Counted from the stretch's first letter, positions 1-9,953 are shown. The stretch is 32,000 nt of DNA from Herbinix luporum (GCF_900070325.1 NZ_LN879430.1:1015379-1047378); one strand, 5' to 3'. Program-made: numbers and translations. Notes: generated by a model not told the origin, from the letters alone.

Positions 1-1
1 C

Positions 2-157
2 TTTTCAATAAATATAAGAGAAGCTTATGTTTCGGCAGGTGCCGGTTTTGTGGTGGCAATAACAGGTACAATGATGACTATGCCAGGACTTCCAAAAGTT
101 CCTGCTGCAGAAGGAATTGATGTAAATGAAGAAGGCAGGATTGTAGGGTTATTTTAG
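2..157 (+). CDS. 3' end of an unidentified CDS entering from upstream (last 51 codons; hydrophobic stretch then [24 protein letters not shown])
   Basis: Frame 2 is open from the window edge to TAG at 155-157. It is absent from the ORF track because it has no start in the window. The product cannot be recognised from this fragment. Confidence 0.35.
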   Translation, partial: FSINIREAYVSAGAGFVVAITGTMMTMPGLPKVPAAEGIDVNEEGRIVGLF

Positions 158-284
158 TGATTTAGATAAATTATAATTTATAATAATAGTCATAGCTTAT
201 AAAAAGTCCCCGTATATATATTAGTATAATGAATATGGCTTGTCACAAGAAACCATTCATAGATTGGGTAAAGGGGGGCTTTTT

Positions 285-866
285 ATGATTCAAAAGGTTG
301 GATTTCATTATACCGATGATATAACTGTAATAAATCGTCAGCAGTTTGAGGCACATATAAGATTGTATGGGGGATATGTAGATAAGATCAATGAAATTGA
401 TCAGATACTTATGAATAATCCGGAAAGAGAAAAGGCCAATGCTACCTTTAGCTTCTATAGAGAATGCAAAAGAGGTGAAACCTATGCCCTTAATGGGGTA
501 ATTCTACATGAGCTTTATTTTGAGAATATAGGTGGTATTGTAAACAAACCGGATAAAAGAGCTATGGAGCAGCTTGCTATGTATTTTGGCAGCTTTGAGG
601 GATGGAAAGAAGATTTTATAAGTACAGCAAAGGCTAGCAGGGGCTGGGCACTTCTTAGTTACGACCAAAGAAGTTTAAGACTGCGAAATATCAGTTTAGA
701 TGCCCATGATCTTGGTAATATTGCATACTCTGCCCCAATCCTTGTGCTGGATGTATATGAACATGCCTATTTTCTGCAATATGCAGATAATAAAGTAGAG
801 TATATCAATAGGTTTATGGAGAATATCAATTGGGAAGTAATATCCGACAGAATGGGGATTTACTAA
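285..866 (+). CDS. Fe/Mn superoxide dismutase family protein
   Basis: C-terminal DVYEHAYFLQY matches the SOD D-x-W-E-H-A-Y-Y signature, and LHELYFENIGG matches the second His-ligand region. An N-terminal EAH..YGGYV is present. I prefer ATG at 285, 6 nt after AAGGGGGG, over the track's TTG at 240. Confidence 0.8.
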   Translation: MIQKVGFHYTDDITVINRQQFEAHIRLYGGYVDKINEIDQILMNNPEREKANATFSFYRECKRGETYALNGVILHELYFENIGGIVNKPDKRAMEQLAMYFGSFEGWKEDFISTAKASRGWALLSYDQRSLRLRNISLDAHDLGNIAYSAPILVLDVYEHAYFLQYADNKVEYINRFMENINWEVISDRMGIY

Positions 867-908
867 TAAAAAACCATGGGCAAATAAAACTGCCCATGGT
901 TTAAAAAA
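867..908. terminator. Hairpin between the convergent SOD-family gene and pyrI (bidirectional; stronger for the minus strand)
   Basis: AACCATGGGCA (872-882) pairs with TGCCCATGGTT (891-901). It has an A-run on the left (a T-run on the minus strand) and TTT then A-run on the right. Confidence 0.6.
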
Positions 909-920
909 GCTCATAAATAT

Positions 921-952
921 TTCACAGTTTCTTAACGGTACCTGACACCTTT
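921..952 (-). repeat. Solo copy of a 32-nt dispersed repeat unit, overlapping the pyrI 3' end
   Basis: TTCACAGTTTCTTAACGGTACCTGACACCTTT matches 19687-19718 at 28 of 32 positions. Its terminal 15 nt is an exact reverse complement of 19650-19664. Confidence 0.55.
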
Positions 953-1369
953 AAAAGCTTGCTCGCAGTAGATACATCTATAGACACCGTTTTTCTTATC
1001 TGTCAATTTAAAGGAATGGGGGATACCACTTTCTATAGAAGTTATGCATCTAGGGTTTATGCATTTTAGTATGTTATCTACTTTATCCGGTAGCCTGGGA
1101 TTTTTCTTTTCTATGATTTCTCCGTTTTTAATTATATTAATGGTTATTTTGTGGTCTAGGGCCCCTAGGATGTCCAAATTTATATCGTCTAAGGTTCCTT
1201 CTATTTTTATAATATCTTTTCGTCCCATCTTATTGCTTCTGGCATTTTTTATAATAGCCACACTGCAATCTAGATTTTCAAGATTAAGGTAGGTATATAT
1301 TTTCATTGCTCCCCCCACCTTTATGTGGTCTATAACAATTCCCTGATTTAGTATGCCTATATTTAACAT
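932..1369 (-). CDS. pyrI: Aspartate carbamoyltransferase regulatory subunit
   Basis: N-terminal VIDHI motif and a C-terminal Zn cluster (CINPRCIT ... YRCIYCEQ). The start overlaps the pyrB stop by 7 nt, with GGGAGG upstream. Confidence 0.9.
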   Translation of the reverse strand: MLNIGILNQGIVIDHIKVGGAMKIYTYLNLENLDCSVAIIKNARSNKMGRKDIIKIEGTLDDINLDILGALDHKITINIIKNGEIIEKKNPRLPDKVDNILKCINPRCITSIESGIPHSFKLTDKKNGVYRCIYCEQAFKGVRYR

Positions 1370-2295
1370 AGGGGCCTCCCTTCTTTATAACCTAACAAGG
1401 TGATTATTAATGCCATTCTTGCATAGACACCAAATTCAGCCTGTTTAAAATATACTGCCCGGGGATCATCGTCTACCTCTACGGCAATTTCATTTACCCT
1501 TGGCAGGGGATGTAATACCAGCATGTCCTTTTTAGCCAGGGACATTTTCCTAGTATTAAGTATATAGGTGTCTTTTAGCCTGATATAATCCTCTTCGTTA
1601 AAGAAGCGCTCTTTCTGGACCCTGGTCATATACAAGATGTCCAAATTGGGGATGGCTTTTTCAAGACTTCTTACCTCTTCGTAAGGAATATTGTTCACAT
1701 CTAGTATTTCCTCTTTGATATAGGTGGGAACTTTTAGTTCTTCAGGGGATATAAGGATAAATTTCACATTCTTATATCTTGATAGGGCTCCTATTAGGGA
1801 ATGTACTGTTCTTCCAAATTTTAAATCGCCACAAAAACCAACGGTTAGATTCTCGAACCGCCCTTTAAGATTTTTTATAGTAAGTAAATCGGTAAAGGTT
1901 TGAGTGGGATGATTATGACCGCCGTCTCCGGCATTGATAACTGGAATGGAAGAGTGGAGTGCTGCTACTAAAGGAGCACCTTCCTTGGGATGACGAATTG
2001 CACATATATCTGCGTAAGAAGAAATAACGCGAATTGTATCGGCAACGCTTTCGCCTTTTGCCACTGAACTAGAATCTGCAGATGAAAAGCCAAGAATACT
2101 TCCGCCTAAGTTTAGCATGGCGGCTTCAAAACTAAGTCTGGTTCTGGTACTAGGTTCATAAAATAGGGTTGCTAGTTTCTTTCCTTGACAAACTTTAGAA
2201 TATTTTTTTGGATCTTTAATAATATCTTCAGCTAGATTTAGAAGTTCATCTAATTCTGAAATAGTAAGATCCGTAGGACTAATGATATGCCTCAT
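1363..2295 (-). CDS. pyrB: Aspartate carbamoyltransferase catalytic subunit
   Basis: [13 protein letters not shown] and HPLPRV motifs. Start moved to ATG (MRHIISP) at 2295, 6 nt after GGAGG; the track start at 2307 lies inside the RBS. Confidence 0.95.
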   Translation of the reverse strand: MRHIISPTDLTISELDELLNLAEDIIKDPKKYSKVCQGKKLATLFYEPSTRTRLSFEAAMLNLGGSILGFSSADSSSVAKGESVADTIRVISSYADICAIRHPKEGAPLVAALHSSIPVINAGDGGHNHPTQTFTDLLTIKNLKGRFENLTVGFCGDLKFGRTVHSLIGALSRYKNVKFILISPEELKVPTYIKEEILDVNNIPYEEVRSLEKAIPNLDILYMTRVQKERFFNEEDYIRLKDTYILNTRKMSLAKKDMLVLHPLPRVNEIAVEVDDDPRAVYFKQAEFGVYARMALIITLLGYKEGRPLC

Positions 2296-2484
2296 ATTTA
2301 CCTCCATTATAATAGTTGTGTAACTATTCTAACTAAGTATTCTAATATATACTATTTAAAAAGACAATCTGTTTTTGAGAAGTTTTTATAAATTAAACTA
2401 ATACTATGGATTAGTAATTATAATAACTAAATTCAGCATTTATACAAATATAGGAATATTTAAAATACACTTTTTTTTATTATG

Positions 2485-2493
2485 TGGTATAAT
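2485..2493 (+). promoter_or_regulatory. Extended -10 promoter element (TGgTATAAT) upstream of the SNF2 gene
   Basis: TGGTATAAT lies about 95 nt upstream of the ATG at 2587. No good -35 was seen. Confidence 0.4.
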
Positions 2494-2586
2494 AGTAGGA
2501 TACAGTATTTTGTTATCTAAGTGAAATGATTTTATAACTGGAAAAGAACATAATTTAAGCTTAGATAAAAGAAAGGTGTGCAAAAT

Positions 2587-5500
2587 ATGATTCAAATTTC
2601 ACGGACAGGTATCAGGAACTTAGCCTCCAATGATACGGTTTATGCTAGAGGCTTACAATACTATAAGGAAAATCGTGTTGTCAGTGCCTCTTATTCAAAC
2701 TCTGCAAAGCTGTATCGTATGGAGGTACAGGGGAATTTTAAATATTCTGTCATTGTGGAAGAACAAGAAGACGGATCCTTTGATTATAATTGTAATTGTC
2801 CATCAAGACTAAAGGATCAGGGGGCTTGTAAGCATGTGGTAGCTGCTTTATTATTTATATTAAAATATCAGGAAAGGACAATGCTATCAGAGACAAGAAG
2901 TCCTGAGGAAAGAAAAATCATTCAAATACTAGACTATTTTGCCTCTCAGGAAGAGGCTTATCTGGTAGGAGAAACTTTTTCCCTAGATACCATTATAACT
3001 ATTCCACAGCTTATGAAGGGGGATAGTGCTAGGGCATATGCATCTTTTCGCGGAGGTAGTAACCGCAAATATAAAATTCAGACCATAAAAAAATTTTTAT
3101 ATAATATATATAATAACGAAAGTTTTTCCCTAGGAAAGGAATTTAAATATATAAGCGGGGAAAGTAACTTTGACAAGCCTTCCCAGATTATTTTAGATTA
3201 TCTTTTGGATATTTATGAGATTCAAGAGGTGATTAACAGCTCCCATTTTTCAAAAATATTTACAAAATCCAATGTTATTTTGACTAAAAATATGTTGTTT
3301 AAACTTTTGGAGCTTTTATATGGGACCACCTTTACCTTGGAGCTTTATGGCAGGGAGTTTACCAATGTAAGTTATATTAAGGGAAATCCAAAGATTTCAT
3401 TGCAACTTACCATGGATGAGGAAGCAGTTTTTGTTGACTATCAGGGTAAAGAGGCTGTTTTACCTATTTTAGATACCGGGGAATTGCTTTATTATGACGG
3501 GGCCATATATAAGCCGGATAAAAAGTTTATTCGAAATTTTAAGCCTTTTTATAATAGTCTTGGCAGAGATAAGGAGCCTTTAGTTTTTAAAGGTGAAAAG
3601 AAAAACAGCTTTCTTGAGCATGTATTGCCAAGAATAAGTGAAACCATGGAACTGGATGTACCGGAGGAATTAAAGAAAAGATATATTTCTGAAGACTTAG
3701 AGGCTAAAATTTATTTTGACAGACATAAACATGGTATTAAGGCTGAACTTAGATACCGTTATGGGGATTATGAGTTTAATTCCTTTGGCAATGCTTCCTC
3801 CGGATCTTATATAATAGTCCGACAAAGGGAAAGTGAAGAGGCAGTTATTGATGAGATTTTAAAACTGGGATTTGTTCCTTATAAGAACTATTATCTTTTA
3901 AAAAATGAAGAGCTTATCTATGAATTTTTATCCGGTAAAGTAATGGATCTTGAGGGAGTGGCAACTTTATATTATTCTGAGGATTTTAGAAAGCTTAGTA
4001 TTAATCCTCCGGGAAATTTTAAAGCCAGTGTTAGGGTAAATGGCGGTATAAATCTTTTGGAGCTGGATATATCTTTTGAAGGTGTACCTAAGGATGAATT
4101 AAAAAATTTGCTTTATGCTTATCAGGTTAAAAAGAAATTTTATCGGCTAAAAAACGGTAGCTTCGTTAAACTGGAAGGGGAAAAAGTAGAAAATCTGTCC
4201 AAAATTTTAAGCTCACTAAATGTAGGTAGCAATAATATGGAGGAAAATAAGCTTTATTTGGAAAAGCAGCATGCGGTATATTTGGACAAGGCATTTTCAG
4301 ATAAGGAGCTGGAACTTCATAAAGATCGGGATTTTACCGCTCTGACGGATAAAATACTTAATCCTTCTGTAACGGATTTTAAGGTACCTGATGAAATTCA
4401 GGCAAGCCTTCGTCCCTATCAGGTAACCGGTTATAAATGGCTAAGAACATTGGCACAAAATGACCTGGGAGGAATTTTGGCTGATGACATGGGCCTTGGA
4501 AAAACATTGCAATCCATAGTATTTATAGCTTCCCTGATATTGGAGAATAAGAAGCAAAAAAAAGATACACATTTTTTAATTGTCTGTCCTACATCTTTAA
4601 CATATAATTGGCTTGATGAGATGGAGAATTTTGCTCCCTTTATTAAGGCTGTAGTTGTTAGCGGAAATCCCCCGGAAAGACAAGAAATAATTGAAAGATA
4701 TAAAGACTACGATGTCCTAATTACATCCTATCCCTTAATAAGAAGAGATATTAGTGTTTATGAAAAAATTGAATTTCACGGAGTATTTATAGACGAAGCC
4801 CAATTTATTAAAAATAATGCTTCACAAAATGCAAAATCAGTAAAAAGATTAAAAACCAAACATAAATTTGCCTTAACAGGAACCCCAATAGAAAATAGCC
4901 TATCTGAGCTTTGGTCAATATTTGATTTTATAATGCCAGGATACCTTTATAATCATTCAAAATTTGTTGAAGTTTATGAGAAACCTATTTTAAAGGAAGA
5001 TAAGGAGGCCCTAGAAGATCTTCACCAGCATATATCACCCTTTATCCTGCGCCGTATGAAGAAGGATGTTCTTACGGAACTACCGGATAAATATGAATCG
5101 AAAATGCTTACGGATCTTTCTGAAGAGCAAAAGAAGGTATACTTAGCCTACCTTGAAAATATAAGAAATGAAATTCATACGGAACTGTCTGAGACAGGAT
5201 TAGAAAAGAGCAGGATGAAGATACTTGCAGCCCTAACCAGGTTAAGACAGATTTGCTGCCATCCCTCTACATTCTTGGAAAATTACCAGGGGGGAAGCGG
5301 AAAATTGGATTTACTTATGGAGCTTATTCCAGAAGCTATTGCCAATGATCATCGTATATTGGTATTTTCACAGTTTACATCAATGTTACAGATTATAGAA
5401 GAGGAACTTAAAGATATGAATATTCCCTATTTTTATCTGGAAGGAAGTACTCCTACACAGGAGCGTAATGAGCGGGTAAAAAGGTTTAATGAGGGAGAAG

Positions 5501-5811
5501 GCAAAGTATTTTTAATTTCCCTAAAGGCCGGTGGCACAGGCTTAAATCTTATCGGTGCCGATACGGTAATCCATTATGATCCTTGGTGGAATCCTGCAGT
5601 AGAAGAACAGGCTACTGACAGGGTATATAGAATAGGTCAACAAAACAAGGTTCATGTATTGAAACTGATTACTAAAGGAACCATAGAAGAGAAGATATTT
5701 AAGCTTCAGAAAAAGAAGAAGGAGCTTTCCGACTCAATTATCAGTTCAAAGGAAGTGTTTATTAATACCTTATCCAGAGAAGAGCTGGAAGAATTGTTTA
5801 GCCCTATGTAA
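2587..5811 (+). CDS. SWIM zinc-finger + SNF2-family helicase/ATPase (B. subtilis YwqA-like architecture)
   Basis: SWIM motif CNCPSRLKDQGACKH (CxCx9CxH, nt 2791-2835). Helicase motifs LRPYQ, DDMGLGKT, DEAQFIKN, LTGTPIENS and QATDRVYRIGQ occupy the C-terminal ~470 aa. ATG at 2587 follows GAAAGGTG. Confidence 0.9.
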   Translation: MIQISRTGIRNLASNDTVYARGLQYYKENRVVSASYSNSAKLYRMEVQGNFKYSVIVEEQEDGSFDYNCNCPSRLKDQGACKHVVAALLFILKYQERTMLSETRSPEERKIIQILDYFASQEEAYLVGETFSLDTIITIPQLMKGDSARAYASFRGGSNRKYKIQTIKKFLYNIYNNESFSLGKEFKYISGESNFDKPSQIILDYLLDIYEIQEVINSSHFSKIFTKSNVILTKNMLFKLLELLYGTTFTLELYGREFTNVSYIKGNPKISLQLTMDEEAVFVDYQGKEAVLPILDTGELLYYDGAIYKPDKKFIRNFKPFYNSLGRDKEPLVFKGEKKNSFLEHVLPRISETMELDVPEELKKRYISEDLEAKIYFDRHKHGIKAELRYRYGDYEFNSFGNASSGSYIIVRQRESEEAVIDEILKLGFVPYKNYYLLKNEELIYEFLSGKVMDLEGVATLYYSEDFRKLSINPPGNFKASVRVNGGINLLELDISFEGVPKDELKNLLYAYQVKKKFYRLKNGSFVKLEGEKVENLSKILSSLNVGSNNMEENKLYLEKQHAVYLDKAFSDKELELHKDRDFTALTDKILNPSVTDFKVPDEIQASLRPYQVTGYKWLRTLAQNDLGGILADDMGLGKTLQSIVFIASLILENKKQKKDTHFLIVCPTSLTYNWLDEMENFAPFIKAVVVSGNPPERQEIIERYKDYDVLITSYPLIRRDISVYEKIEFHGVFIDEAQFIKNNASQNAKSVKRLKTKHKFALTGTPIENSLSELWSIFDFIMPGYLYNHSKFVEVYEKPILKEDKEALEDLHQHISPFILRRMKKDVLTELPDKYESKMLTDLSEEQKKVYLAYLENIRNEIHTELSETGLEKSRMKILAALTRLRQICCHPSTFLENYQGGSGKLDLLMELIPEAIANDHRILVFSQFTSMLQIIEEELKDMNIPYFYLEGSTPTQERNERVKRFNEGEGKVFLISLKAGGTGLNLIGADTVIHYDPWWNPAVEEQATDRVYRIGQQNKVHVLKLITKGTIEEKIFKLQKKKKELSDSIISSKEVFINTLSREELEELFSPM

Positions 5812-5823
5812 TTTAGTATTACT

Positions 5824-5886
5824 AAAGCTCATCATAACAGATAATTTGCTCCACTAGGGGCTAAGTCTGTTTGATGAGCTTTTTAT
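5824..5886 (+). terminator. Rho-independent terminator after the SNF2 gene
   Basis: AAAGCTCATCA(T)AACAGA pairs with TCTGTTTGATGAGCTTT (one bulge, ~24-nt loop), followed by a T-run. Confidence 0.6.
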
Positions 5887-5913
5887 GTATTTCTTGTGAC
5901 AAATGTGCTGAAT

Positions 5914-6495
5914 TTATATAACTTGGCCTAATACTCTTTTTATTGCCATGGCAGCAGATAAAGCCATAATGATTTTTAGCAAATCAAATGCTATAAAGGG
6001 AATCACACATACTGTTAGGGCATAGCTTATGGTGGTGTCTGCAACATAACTAAACCATAGGCTGCCTATTAGATAGCATATAAAAAGAGATATAACCATT
6101 CCTAAGGCCGGCAAAGTCTTATGGTTTAACTTATTCCAAGATGAAGTTGATTTTAGTTTTAAACTTATCTGATAGAATAAGGATGTGATAAAAGCCATCA
6201 GAGGGTAGGCCATAAGAAATCCTCCTGTCATTCCCGTAAGGATGTTAATTCCCCCTTTAAATCCGGCAAAAACCGGTAAGCCAAAAGCCCCTAAAAGAAG
6301 ATAAGCTAATGTAGATAAAAAGGCATACCTTGGCTCAAGAAGGGCTCCCGTTAAAAATATGGCAAGGAGAGACAAAGAAAAAGGAATAGGCTGAATGGGA
6401 ATAATAATCTGAGACAATACACAGATTATGGCAGTAAACATAGCTGTTATAATTAAGCTTTTAGTAGAAAGTCCTTTAGAACTTGAATATATCAT
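5914..6495 (-). CDS. bioY: Biotin transporter BioY (ECF S-component)
   Basis: Polytopic membrane protein with a BioY-like GAFGLPVFAGFKGG...GGFLMAYPL segment. It starts 25 nt downstream of birA, with AAGGAG as RBS. Confidence 0.85.
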   Translation of the reverse strand: MIYSSSKGLSTKSLIITAMFTAIICVLSQIIIPIQPIPFSLSLLAIFLTGALLEPRYAFLSTLAYLLLGAFGLPVFAGFKGGINILTGMTGGFLMAYPLMAFITSLFYQISLKLKSTSSWNKLNHKTLPALGMVISLFICYLIGSLWFSYVADTTISYALTVCVIPFIAFDLLKIIMALSAAMAIKRVLGQVI

Positions 6496-6520
6496 AATAT
6501 CTTACTCCTTTATTCTGAAA

Positions 6521-7504
6521 TTATTTGGGCAAATAATCTGTTCTTATACTGACTTCTCCTGAAGTTAATGCTTCCTTGGTGGAATCGGGATATTCCACAA
6601 GCAATCTTGCCCTGTTATCTATACCGATAGCCTTGGCAGGAAAAACTTTTTTTTCTTTTAGTACATATATATCCTTACCTATAAGAAATGAACGTTTCTT
6701 ATATTCCTCAAGGTAATCTTTACTGGTCAGCTTATCCATGGAATCTGCCAGATTATTTAAGACTTCAGCTGCTAGTATTGATGTTATAGGCTGATTTTTT
6801 GGTTTATCTAAAAAGATGGAACCGGCAATATCCTTTATATCACTGGGAAAATCCTTAGTGTTTACATTTATACCGATACCGACAATGGCATATTCTAAAC
6901 CGCCGTTTTCAATATTTAAGGAAGCTTCAGTAAGAATTCCGCATACCTTTTTTCCCTGCATAAATAAATCATTAACCCATTTTATATGAACGTCTTCATT
7001 TGTGATTTTTTCTATAGCCTTTGCCACTGCCACAGCAGAACTGGTTGTTATTAATAAAGAGTCTTCAATACTAAGCTTAGGCCTTAATATAAGGGATAGA
7101 TATAGCCCTGTAGCAGGAGAGTAGAAGCTGCGGCCCATACGACCCCGGCCATTGGTTTGCTCTGAAGCAATAAGAACTGTTCCCTCGGGGGCTTTATTGG
7201 CAGCCATTTCCTTGGCCAGGGTATTGGTAGAGCTTACGGTTTTTCTGACATCAAGAATAAAGTTTGTAGCCTTACCTTTAAGATATGGACTTATACTTTG
7301 GTTAGTAAGTATATCATTTGATTCTTTAAGACAATAACCCCGATTAGGTACTGCCTCTATTTGATAACCTTCGTTTTTTAGTTGATTTATATTCTTCCAG
7401 ATGGCACTTCTGGTAACATGAAGTTCTTTAGCCATCAAGGCACCATTAACACTGTTTCCCCTGTTTTCTTCTAAAATTTTTAATATCTGTTCTTTAAGTT
7501 CCAT
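6521..7504 (-). CDS. birA: Bifunctional biotin-protein ligase / biotin operon repressor
   Basis: N-terminal wHTH (LAKELHVTRSAIWKNINQLKNEGYQIE) and ligase motif GRGRMGRSFYSP. GGGAGG RBS. Confidence 0.9.
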   Translation of the reverse strand: MELKEQILKILEENRGNSVNGALMAKELHVTRSAIWKNINQLKNEGYQIEAVPNRGYCLKESNDILTNQSISPYLKGKATNFILDVRKTVSSTNTLAKEMAANKAPEGTVLIASEQTNGRGRMGRSFYSPATGLYLSLILRPKLSIEDSLLITTSSAVAVAKAIEKITNEDVHIKWVNDLFMQGKKVCGILTEASLNIENGGLEYAIVGIGINVNTKDFPSDIKDIAGSIFLDKPKNQPITSILAAEVLNNLADSMDKLTSKDYLEEYKKRSFLIGKDIYVLKEKKVFPAKAIGIDNRARLLVEYPDSTKEALTSGEVSIRTDYLPK

Positions 7505-7568
7505 TTTGGACCTCCCTTGTAGGGTATTTGTATTTTTATAGACTTTAGTATAACAGCTTAATCTAAAA

Positions 7569-7598
7569 TGTCAACATACAATGACTAATAAGTTGACA
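7569..7598. promoter_or_regulatory. Candidate BirA operator
   Basis: Perfect inverted repeat TGTCAAC-N16-GTTGACA, 65-95 nt upstream of the birA start. This matches the general form of Firmicute BirA sites (TGTnAAC ... GTTnACA). Confidence 0.6.
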
Positions 7599-7621
7599 AT
7601 TAAATGCAATATATAAAAGTA

Positions 7622-7661
7622 TAGAAAAAGTGGCTTCCACTATCTTAAATGAAAGCCACCT
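7622..7661 (-). terminator. Rho-independent terminator after the 7696-8586 gene
   Basis: On the minus strand, GGTGGCTTTC pairs with GGAAGCCAC and is followed by TTTTT. Confidence 0.6.
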
Positions 7662-7695
7662 TAAAGTTTTTATTCAATTAATTCTAAGTATCTTA

Positions 7696-8586
7696 TTAAA
7701 GATCAAATACTTGGTTATAATATTCTTCAATAAGTCGGTCAAGATAATCATGATTTTGCTCACCAAATTCAGCAAGTAACATATCCCGTATGGTATCGGT
7801 CTGCTTCATATAATTTAGCTCTTCTGATAAATTATCATTACTGATTGAAGCTAAAAAATCTTTTGTTACAGTTTTTTGTAACCACTGATTAATTTTCTCA
7901 GTCAGTTGATTTTCTTCTTCTATTTCCCACTTAAGCTTCTTGGCCTTATTCCATATGGTTATTGCCTCATATATAAAGAACAAAAAGAGGGCACCCATAA
8001 TAAAATTAGGAAAGACACCATTTAAGATAGTTAAGACTCTAGCTATATTTAGGATTACGAAGATAACCCCGGCGATGCCTAGAAAGAGAAATATATAAAA
8101 GGTTCCGGTGTAATCTTGATATTTTTCCGATTTAAACATATAATTTCCGGATCCTGTTATTAAGCCTTTATAGTCTTCGGTTTCTACTTCACTGGTCATA
8201 TCCTCTTCATCATCTGTAGGGGTTTGACCGGCTTTGTGGCTAACAAGTTCCGACTCGGTTTCTTCCTCAAGTTCATTTTCTGAAATTACCATATCCTCAG
8301 ATATATCCTGAGAGGATTTTTCACTTGGCTCTTGTTTTGCTTCTTCAGATATTTCAGAGCTTTTTTCATTTTCTGCCTTTTTAATCCTTTCCCTTTCCAC
8401 GAAGTAGAAGGCCTGATAATGTTTTTTAGCCTCCTTTTCTTTATCGGCAGGAACAGATAAGATATAGACATCATTTGCTTCATCGTAATCTATTTTTGAT
8501 TCTAAACCAGAGTATTCAAAATATTTAGCCAATTTCTCTGTGAAGCTTCTGTTTTCGCCTTGGAAAAATGGGATATATTCTTGCAT
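7696..8586 (-). CDS. Hypothetical membrane protein: N-terminal ~70-aa domain, long acidic Glu/Ser-rich linker, two TM helices, C-terminal helical domain
   Basis: Long ORF with a GGAG RBS. TM segments are FYIFLFLGIAGVIFVILNI and IMGALFLFFIYEAITIW. I recognise no family. Confidence 0.6.
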   Translation of the reverse strand: MQEYIPFFQGENRSFTEKLAKYFEYSGLESKIDYDEANDVYILSVPADKEKEAKKHYQAFYFVERERIKKAENEKSSEISEEAKQEPSEKSSQDISEDMVISENELEEETESELVSHKAGQTPTDDEEDMTSEVETEDYKGLITGSGNYMFKSEKYQDYTGTFYIFLFLGIAGVIFVILNIARVLTILNGVFPNFIMGALFLFFIYEAITIWNKAKKLKWEIEEENQLTEKINQWLQKTVTKDFLASISNDNLSEELNYMKQTDTIRDMLLAEFGEQNHDYLDRLIEEYYNQVFDL

Positions 8587-8679
8587 AATCTCAACTCCAT
8601 TCTTATATTTTTAATTAAATACAAATGAAAACATTATGCTAACCAAGTATAAGCTAAAGTCCATTTCTACAGTAGATTC

Positions 8680-9912
8680 TTATTCGGCTATAAATCTGTG
8701 GTATGATTTCTTACCCTTTCTAATCAGAATTGCTCCGTCAGAATCAAAATCCTTATCTGTTAAAATCAAATCAAAATTATCTACTTTTTTATCGTTTACC
8801 GAAACTCCTCCTTGTTGTATGGTTCTTCTGGCATCGGAACGGGAGACGGCTAATTTTGCATCACACATTAAGGTAATTAGGTCTATTCCCTCAGCAAATC
8901 TAGCAGCAGGATAGCTGGTGGTAGGTATATTTTCAGACTTTACGCCACCACCAAATAAGGCCTTGGAGGCCTCTTGTGCTTTTTTAGCTTCTTCTTCCCC
9001 GTGAACAATCTTTGTTATCTCATAGGCAAGAACATCCTTAGCATGATTTATCTCTGCACCTTTAAGGGCACCTAATCTTCTTACTTCATCCATAGGTAGG
9101 AAGGTTAATAGGCCTAGGCATTCTTCAACCTTTACATCTTCGATATTTCTCCAGTACTGGTAGAATTCATATGGAGAGGTTTTATTAGGATCTAGCCATA
9201 CAGCTCCCTTCATAGTCTTACCCATCTTAATACCTTCACTGGTTGTAAGAAGTTTAAAGGTTAGGCCGTATGCAGGCTTTTGCTCCTTACGGCGTATTAA
9301 CTCAACTCCACCGATGATATTGGACCACTGGTCGTTACCTCCAAGTTGCAGTTTACAATCATATAATTTATTAAGCTTCCAGAAATCATAGGACTGCATA
9401 AGCATATAGTTAAATTCGAAGAAGGTAAGTCCCTTTTCCATTCTTTGCTTATAGCATTCTGCAGCCAGCATCTTATTTACTGAGAAATGAACTCCTATTT
9501 CTCTTAAAAATTCTACGTAATTTAAGTCTAGAAGCCAATCGGCATTATTTGCAAGAATTGCTTTGTCGTCACTAAAATCAATGAATTTAGAAAGTTGCTC
9601 TTTAAAACGGTTGGCATTGTAATCAATAGTTTCCCTGGTCATTAAGGATCGCATATCAGATTTGCCGGTTGGGTCACCAATCATGGTGGTACCGCCACCT
9701 AGAAGGGCGATGGGTCTATGTCCTGCCCGTTGCATATGCATCATGGCCATAACTGTAAGGAAATGTCCCGCAGTTAAACTATCAGCGGTAGCATCAAAGC
9801 CTATATAAAAGGTAACGGATTCCTTTCCCAATAATTCGCGAACTTCATCCTCATGGGTACATTGTTCAATAAAACCCCGTTCCTGTAGTATGTCATAAAC
9901 ATTTGTTGACAT
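8680..9912 (-). CDS. tyrS: Tyrosine--tRNA ligase
   Basis: Class I signature region [13 protein letters not shown] (a KMSKS variant) and a C-terminal S4-like domain ([17 protein letters not shown]). AAGGAGG RBS. Confidence 0.95.
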   Translation of the reverse strand: MSTNVYDILQERGFIEQCTHEDEVRELLGKESVTFYIGFDATADSLTAGHFLTVMAMMHMQRAGHRPIALLGGGTTMIGDPTGKSDMRSLMTRETIDYNANRFKEQLSKFIDFSDDKAILANNADWLLDLNYVEFLREIGVHFSVNKMLAAECYKQRMEKGLTFFEFNYMLMQSYDFWKLNKLYDCKLQLGGNDQWSNIIGGVELIRRKEQKPAYGLTFKLLTTSEGIKMGKTMKGAVWLDPNKTSPYEFYQYWRNIEDVKVEECLGLLTFLPMDEVRRLGALKGAEINHAKDVLAYEITKIVHGEEEAKKAQEASKALFGGGVKSENIPTTSYPAARFAEGIDLITLMCDAKLAVSRSDARRTIQQGGVSVNDKKVDNFDLILTDKDFDSDGAILIRKGKKSYHRFIAE

Positions 9913-9953
9913 TGGTATTCCTCCTTATAATTGTCTATTAGTTAATTAAAGTC

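Noticed and set aside
169-190. A PerR/Fur-like operator (TTATAATTTATAATAAT) upstream of the SOD-family gene.
   Set aside because: It fits the 7-1-7 consensus only with a shifted spacer, and it lies in generic AT-rich promoter DNA, so it cannot be told apart from chance.
285-866. The SOD-family protein might be a degenerate, non-catalytic homologue, because the usual N-terminal KHH is replaced (EAHIRLYGGYV).
   Set aside because: All four presumed metal ligands appear present: His in EAH, His in LHELYF, and Asp and His in DVYEH. I therefore have no basis to call it inactive.
2587-5811. The SNF2 gene as part of a DISARM-, Zorya- or BREX-like defence island.
   Set aside because: No methyltransferase, nuclease, PLD, DUF1998 or other partner genes are adjacent. 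Both flanks are core metabolism genes, and the composition matches its surroundings.
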